A program made the position numbers and the translations under genes. Source: Eledone cirrhosa (Eukaryota). From it: DNA of 64,000 nucleotides. The DNA is taken from positions 138,694,001 to 138,758,000 of the forward strand of contig OZ024740.1 in assembly GCA_964016885.1 (NCBI GenBank), in the 5' to 3' direction. Shown here piece by piece: positions 56,638 through 64,000 of the stretch; position 1 is the stretch's first letter, and each line of letters begins with the position of its first letter. The notes beneath the pieces were generated by a model. It did not search any database, was not told the origin of the DNA, and saw nothing but the letters and a program-made list of their open reading frames with translations.

Positions 56638-59600
56638 CTTGTATTTTTGTTTTATGCTTGTTAAACTATGCCCAAAATACGGGGATCTTATTTAAACCCT
56701 ACATTCTCGCTAACTACCCTAACCTTAATTCTGTCGTATTTTCAAAACAAAACTCCTTCTTATATATTTTTAAATATATTTTGTTTTGCTGGCTAAATTA
56801 TGCCCCAAATTTCGAGGACTGCATTTAAACTCTTAACCTCTGCTCCCTCCTATCTTCTTCCCCCCCCCCCCCCTACATCATGCTGGTTCACCCCCCCCCC
56901 CCCCCCCCCCCTCTCTCTCTCTCTATCTCCATATATAAGATAAACCCTACAAGTACGAAAAAATCAGAACCGCCACCAATTCTACTCCGGATGGCTGCTT
57001 TCATGGTATAATGTAACGTACAAATATGTCTTCATTCTTCTCTCCATTTTAATTCCTTAGTCCATTCGTCATTCTCTATCATTTTTTCCCCGAATCCAAT
57101 CTTTGCCTTTCTACTCGATACTCTGTCGTATTTTCTAAAACAAATCTTGTATTTTTGTTTGATGCTTGTTAAACTATGCCCCAAATACGGGGATCTTATT
57201 TAAACCCTACATTCTCGCTAACTACCCTATATCCCTCCCACCCGCCCCCACGCAACACCATTATAACGTGGACCAATCATAATTCAGAGGCCTATACTAT
57301 CGCTTACCTGGTTGCCTTTCGATATGATGGATGGACTACAGAATTTCTGGAGAGTTGAAAAGAAAAATCTGGACGCTCAGTGACAATGCCAAATATAAAG
57401 ACAAATTCACCTCGTGGACGAGAATGCAAGCAGGCCTCCTCTTTGTTTCGGCCGCGGATGGCTAACATAACCCCATCCCCCGCGCCCCGCCGCTCCCACC
57501 CTCCAAACGCAATCGAAAACTTCAGAGTTGGTACCATGAATGTAGGCACCTTAAAGGGTCGCTCTAACGAGGTTGTAGAAATGCTTGAACGTAAGGAGGT
57601 CGATGTTTGTTGTATTCAAGAGACCAGGTGGAGGGGTGGGTCTGCTAGATTCATCGTGGGTAAAGAACGATGCTATAAGCTTTTCTGGGTGGAAGTGACA
57701 ATGGGCTGAGTGGAGTAGGAATCATGGTAGCAGAAAAGTGGGCAGATAAGAGAATAGACGTAAATAGAGTGAACGACAGAATAATTAAAATAAGACTTGT
57801 CCTCAATAGAACTACGGTGACAGTAATATCTGCGTACGCACCCCAATCCGGACTGTCCAGCACTATAAAAGACAGATTCTATGAGACACTGATGCTCACT
57901 ACCTCCCAAATAACCGACAGTGACTATATAATTATTGTAGGCGACCTAAATGGTCACGTTGGACAACATTGTGACGGCTATGACGGAATCCATGGAGGCT
58001 ATGGGTTTGGTACTAGAAATGAGGAAGGCTCCAGAATCCTGGAATTCTGTGACGCAAATAACCTAACTATCTGTAACACTAACTTCAAAAAACGAGACAA
58101 TCACCTGACCACCTATAGATCGGGGGAACACACAAGCCAGGTAGATTATATCCTTACCAGGAGACATGACGGAGTGTCTGTTGTAAACACTAAATCCCTT
58201 CCCCATGAAGAATGCACGTCTCAACATAGACTCATAATCAGCAACCTCATAGTCAGGACGAGACGTATTCGACAACAGAAGAGGACTATCCTCAGGAGAA
58301 AAATATGGAAATTAAAGGACCCCACAGCCAGTCATAAATTTAAAAGCATATTACTTGATGCTTTTGATAGTAAGGAAGAGCAATTAGAGTCGGACAATAT
58401 AGAGGAACAGTGGGAATTCCTGAAAGCAAACCTGCTGAAGGCGGCAGATGAAACCTGGAGCAGGCCAATAGACAGGAGGAGAGTAACTTGGTGGTGGAAC
58501 AGTAAGGTGGAGAGTTAAATAAAGGCCAAAAAGCAGGCTTAGAAAGCATGGCGGGATGGGGGAAGTAGAGAAGACTATCAAGTGGCCAGGAGGGAAGCTA
58601 GGAGACAAGTGTACTTCGCAAGAAGGGAAGCAGAGGAAAGAAAGTTCAAGCATGTTCTACAACGCGAGGACCAAAAACGTGAGGTGTTCAGGATTGCTAG
58701 GCATTGTGTCAAGGAAAACAGTGATATTGTCGGGGAGAAGTGCGTCCTAAATGATGATGGTGTACTTGGCATCACTGACGCTGATAAGAAGGTAGCTTGG
58801 AAGTGTCACTACGAAAGGCTACTAAATGAGGAGAATAATTGGGAGAAAGACAGTCTCCCCCACATCGACCCAATAGAGGGACCAGCAGTGCAAGTTGAAG
58901 GTAGTATAATAAGTAAGGCGATCAAAGACATGAAGACAGGCAAGACGGCCGGGCCTTCGGAAATAGTTGCCGAAATGCTGAAAGCATCTGGAACGGTGGG
59001 ACACACTATGGTCACCCGGATAGTAAACCAAGTCATACAGAATGGGGTCGTTCCGAAGGACTGGCGCAGCAGCATCATCATTAACTGCTACAAGGGTAAA
59101 GGTGATGCCCTAGATAGGGGAAACTATAGAGGCATTAAATTAATTGACCAGGTCATGGAGGTCACAGAAAAAGTAATAGCGCAACTAATCAGAGAGCGAA
59201 TTGATCTAGACGAAATGCAGTTCGGGTTTGTGTCAGGTAAAAGTACCACAGACGCTCTTTTCATTGTACGACAACTACAGGAGAAGTACCTAGCTAAAAG
59301 TAAACCCCTATACTTAGCTTTTGTTGACTTGGAGAAAGCCTTTGACAGAGTACCCCGCTTCATTATCTGGTGGCCCTTAGAAAACTAGGTGTTGATGAAT
59401 GGCTTGTGAGAGCTATACAAGCCATGTATAAAGAAACAGCCAGCAAGGTTAGAATTAACAACGAATATAGTGAAGAGTTTAGCGTAAAAGTTGGTGTTCA
59501 TCAGGGCTCCGTCCTTAGCCCCCTACTATTTATTATTGCCCTTCAGGCTATAACAGAGGAGTTCAAGACCGGCTGCCCATGGGAACTCCTATATGCAGAT

Positions 59601-60941
59601 GATCTAACGCTCATAGCTGAACTAGAGAAGAAATTCCAAACATGGAAGCATGGCCTAGAATCAAAAGGCCTTAAAGTTAACTTGTCTAAGACTAAAGTTC
59701 TAGTTTGTATGAAGGAAAATAGGGCACCGGTCCCATCTGGGAAATGGCCATGCTCAGTGTGTAGGAAAGGAGTAGGTATAAACTCCATTTTATGTCCCAA
59801 ATGCAAAGTATGGGTACATAAAAGATGTAGTGGGATCACAGGTAAACTATCTAAGAATATAGATTTTATATGTGGCCGGTGCTCTGGTGCAATAAGTAGC
59901 AGCAAGTGCCCACAGAATACTAACTCATTCCATTGCACAGATGGTTCTATAGAAAGTGGACAGCTTCCGTTACCTGGGTGATAAAATCAGCAGTGGGGGG
60001 GGGGGGGTGCTCTGAAAGTACAGTAGCTAGTGTCAGAACGGGATGGAAAAAGTTCAGAGAGCTTATACCACTATTGGCCGCTAAAGGGTTCTCTCTAAAA
60101 ATGAAAGGCAGGCTGTATGATGCCTGCATACGAACAGCAATGTTACATGGCAGTGAGACCTGGGCATTGTGTGCAGAGGATATACGCAGACTGGAGAGAA
60201 ACGAAGCTTGCATGCTCCGCTGGATGTGTAATAGTAACATACGTGAACGGCAAAGCATAAACGTACTAAGGGAGAAATTAGAAATAAGAGAGGATCAGAT
60301 GTTGTTTACTCGAGAGAAGACTACGTTGGTATGGTCACGTGATGCGCATGAAAGACGACAGCTGTATAAAAAAGTGCAGGGCAATAAAAATAGGCGGTAG
60401 CCACGGAGTAGGCAGACCCAGAAAAACCTGGGACGACTTGATAAATTCCGACCTCACACACTTACACCTCTCCAAGACAATGTCACTGGACCGAGATCTT
60501 TGGCGCTACACAGTAATAGAGAAGACCCGCCTTACCTAAGTACAAAGTGAAACCTACTACAGTCAGTAGGCACCTCTAACAAAATATACCCCCGTCCCAC
60601 TACCCCCACCCCATCCACACCACCCCTTCAATGTAAAGTTATGTTGGTGCCACAACATCCAGCCCGAAACAAATGAGGTCGTGTAGGTGTCACGACAAAA
60701 AAACACACAGTCCACGCTGTAATGTGGCCGTGTAGGCAACACAGTAAAAACCTCCCAGTTCCACACGGTAAATGTGGTTGGTGTTAGGAAGGGCATTCAG
60801 CCGTAGAAAGCCCGCCAGGCAGTCCTATGCGAGCAAGACAACCACTCTTGCCTCAAGTGGGAAAACCCCCGTCCAAACCCATGCAAGCGTGGAATATGGA
60901 CGTTAAACGATGATGATGATGATGATGATGATGAAGATGAT
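56637..60941 (+). mobile_element. RTE-clade LINE with 5' repeats and a (GAT)n tail
   Basis: Single APE-RT coding region, a 3' UTR containing ggttggtgttaggaagggcattcagccgtag, and (GAT)n at 60909-60941. The 5' boundary is approximate. Confidence 0.88.
57380..60539 (+). pseudogene. RTE ORF (APE endonuclease, RT, PHD-like finger) disrupted by several frameshifts and two stops
   Basis: GTMNVGTL, IQETRW, SAYAPQ, GDLNGH, SQH; NYRGIKL, FVDLEKAFDRV, HQGSVLSP, YADD; LHGSETW, GRPRKTW. Frameshifts at about 57690, 59370, 59955-60005 and 60290; stops at 58516 and about 58539. Confidence 0.92.
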
Positions 60942-61346
60942 ATATATATATAGGGAAAAGTATGACCCCGACGTGCGTTATGGTCCATCTGGTTCCTTAC
61001 CACAATTCCTTTGTTATATATATATGAATGTATATAAGTATTATGTGTGTATGTATGCATGAATGTATGTCGATAAATAAACGTGTGCATATACAAATAT
61101 ATAACAGGCGTGTGTGTATGTTACCTATATATGCGTGTAAATAAATACATCAAAATGAATAATTGCAAAAATACCTGCAAACAAAGACCAATCTTTGCCA
61201 TTTTCTTTTCTTATCCTTTTTGCCGAAAGCAAATTGTCTTAAATAACCACTTACCTATGAAAAGAAGAAGAAAGGAATATTTAAAATAATCATGTAATAA
61301 TAATGATGATGATTTTTATATTTGCCACAAGGACGACAACGAATAG

Positions 61347-61653
61347 AAAACAATTTAGGACAATAGCTAATGTAAAACAATTTAGTACAATAGCTAATGT
61401 AAAACAATTTAGGACAATAGCTAATGTAAAACAATTTAGTACAATAGCTAATGTGAAACAATTTAGTACAATAGCTAATGTAACACAATTTAGTACAATA
61501 GCTAATCTAAAACAATTTAGTACAATAGCTAATGTAAGACAATTTAGTACAATAGCTAATGTAAAACAATTTAGTACAATAGCTAATGTAAAACAATTTA
61601 GTACAATAGCTAATGTAAAACAATTTAGTACAATAGCTAATGTAAAACAATTT
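61347..61653. repeat. 27-bp minisatellite, about 11 copies
   Basis: Unit aaaacaatttagtacaatagctaatgt. Confidence 0.97.
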
Positions 61654-61778
61654 ATTTACGAATATACATAAATCGTGAATGAGCAAAGAACATAATATGA
61701 AATATACAACAATGTTTATACACACACACACACACACACGTGCGCGCACGCACGCACGCACACACACACACACACACA

Positions 61779-61833
<55 letters not shown>

Positions 61834-61881
61834 TTATTAATTAAAAAAGACGACGTGTTAAATCTTCATTACATTTATTGA

Positions 61882-61970
61882 GATGTGACGCGCGTTTCGC
61901 GATTGATCAGTTCAAGGTTCGATCTGTATCGATCGGGCTCGACTCTGGAATCAAAAGCTCGTCGGACTTC
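61882..61970 (-). ncRNA. Hammerhead motif with CCGACGA core
   Basis: Minus strand reads gaagt-CCGACGA-GC-tt-TTGATT...GATCAA-tc-GC-GAAA-CGCGCG-TC-acatc, then AATAAA and (TA)n. Confidence 0.7.
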
Positions 61971-62008
61971 AGTTATGGTAAGGACAGAATGAATATATAT
62001 ATATATAT

Positions 62009-62068
<60 letters not shown>

Positions 62069-62674
62069 AGGTAGAGATATATAGATATATGTTGGAATTT
62101 CATTGGCAATTGTGTACCCTCTTTATCTGACCACAAATCACTGCTTACAAACCCACTGTTTAAAGATTAATTTGCATATATAATACACTCATAGCGTCTA
62201 GTTCGTTTAATATATGACTATCATTCGCATAGAGGTGTGTTTAGTAGAAGAGGAAGCGTTATTGCTTCTAGGTTTTGCCATAACATAATAAACAAGTGTT
62301 TGGAGGATAAATAAATTGACGGCGATGAAGGGAAACTTTGCAACACAGTATTTTGTATTCATGTTGAGGAATATATGATGAAAGGAAGAATTTTGGCAAG
62401 GTTAGTCAACGGTATTTATTTAACATTTTCCCGTCTTTCGTTACATTTATATACACCAAGAATACACTTGGACATGGATAAGCAAAAATATAGATAAGGG
62501 TGAGTTAGAAGCTTCTCACGAAGTATTCTTTGAATGATTGTAGGTATTTTATTTTTGATAAACCTCTGATCAGTCATAATAAAGTAACCCGATGAAAGGT
62601 GGTTCAGCCATGACCATACCATCTTTTATATAAATATATTGTATTTAGTATTACATTTTCCAATGTGACGTTCG

Positions 62675-62770
<96 letters not shown>

Positions 62771-62884
62771 GTGGGGTCATAAGTCGTTAGGACGTCAAAC
62801 AGAATGTGTTTCGATACTTGTTCTTTTTCTCTACCCTTTATGATCAAATCCAGCTAAGGTCGACTTTGCCTTTTAACTCTTTCA

Positions 62885-63025
62885 CAGTCAATAAAGAGTG
62901 TACCGATACAGTGTTGATGCAGCCTTCCCTCACTGCCACATCCTGGATAGTTTGCAGAGTCAAAAGTGAGAAGCTCGTGAGTGTTCGTGACTGGTGTTTG
63001 AGACTACATGGGCGCCTTGACCAAA
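62885..63025 (-). mobile_element. Possible mariner N-terminal HTH remnant
   Basis: Broken minus-strand translation SRRPCS...TIQDVAVREGCINTVSVHSLL, reminiscent of GRP...TIxEIA...S..SV..IL. Confidence 0.35.
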
Positions 63026-63187
63026 GCTAGATATATGGTACCACATCAATCACAATTGTGAGTGGTGTTGTTTTTTTTGTGTGTCTGTGTGTCTGTGTGT
63101 CTGCGTGTGATTTCAGAAAGACATAGTTGCTTTTCGGGAGGTGGATCTTTCTCATTGGTTTCATCCATGGCTAGTAATTATATACTG

Positions 63188-63242
<55 letters not shown>

Positions 63243-63247
<5 letters not shown>

Positions 63248-64000
63248 TTTCTTTATTAACCACAAGGGTTTACATAAAGTAGACATTAAGGACAGTGCAG
63301 GACAATACAGGACGGTACAAATGGGCATTTCTGCGTGTAAAAAAAACAAAAAAAAACAGAGGGTGTAACAAAAAATAACAATGAAAAATTCCCCAATAGG
63401 AGGGAGACTTCGGAGGGACATTTGTGGAGAAAGCCCAGTAAAAGGCCACAGTGACCCTGACCACCAAGGCAAGTGCCCTCTCCCAGTTTTCCACCTTTAA
63501 TTTACAGATACGTACTCAGAGTAGGCCCATTCACTCGGGCCATTCTTGCTTCTCTCACCCATCTTTCAACAAAATGCTGGGAAGAGAGCACTTCCCTCTC
63601 TACCCTGATTTTCCTTTTCAAATGAAATTTGAAAAAGTTAATCAGGGCATCACCGAAGAGGTAAGTGCTCGTCTTCAGCCCTTTCAAACGTGTCCACCAT
63701 ACTATCTCTTTCGCCATGGCCACCAGATAAAAACTGTCTGCCGTTCCCGGCTAAAGGAAGAGGGCGGAGCAATCCTCACGGTGGACTCAGATGATAGCCG
63801 GATCCGTCCTACACGCGACAGCAGGTGTTCGACATAAACCCACAAGTCAGCAATTTTCGGACACTGGACGAGTTCGTGCAGGACGGTTTCGTCGACCTAG
63901 GCGCATCTCGGACATGCCCGGCTGACGGCACCTCCATGCCTGTAGAGTTTATCCCGAACTGGCAAGGCTCCTCGGTAGCACTGCCAGGCCAGAGATTTCT
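63243..64000 (-). mobile_element. 3' end of a second Tx1 copy, continuing beyond the window
   Basis: Collinear with 21902-22660, with scattered substitutions and a 4-bp deletion near 63727. (AAT)n tail at 63195-63245. Confidence 0.95.

Noticed and set aside
56637-60941. Intact, active RTE element
   Set aside because: This copy has multiple frameshifts and two stops.
61347-61653. CRISPR-like appearance of the 27-bp repeat
   Set aside because: The units are contiguous with no spacers, the context is eukaryotic and there are no cas genes.

Overview
AT-rich, microsatellite-dense eukaryotic (animal) DNA with no convincing host protein-coding gene. The repeat repertoire most resembles an octopus/cephalopod genome; this is an inference from repeat families, not a database result. 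The main elements are: (1) a near full-length Tx1/L1-clade LINE on the minus strand (about 21902-27899) flanked by (AAT)n, with ORF1 broken by one frameshift and ORF2 by two Trp-position stops, plus the 3' end of a second copy at 63243-64000; (2) a frameshifted RTE-type LINE with a PHD-like finger (about 56637-60941); (3) remnants of Chapaev3, mariner, R4/Dong, CRE-like and CR1-like elements; (4) more than 20 tRNA-derived SINE copies; and (5) large ACC-rich minisatellites at 1.7-7 kb. Three patterns stand out. First, several unrelated non-coding modules next to (TA)n are built as 1.1-1.4 head-to-tail monomers of about 515-591 bp, often with an inverted end piece, and carry minimal hammerhead-ribozyme motifs, some with variant U3:A8 or C4 cores (Penelope pLTR or retrozyme-like). 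Second, fold-back inversions anchored on (TA)n are common. Third, a SINE family shares its 3' terminus and its ATTAT target sites with the Tx1 LINE. Most entries in the ORF track are microsatellite artefacts. All alignments and folds were read by eye.
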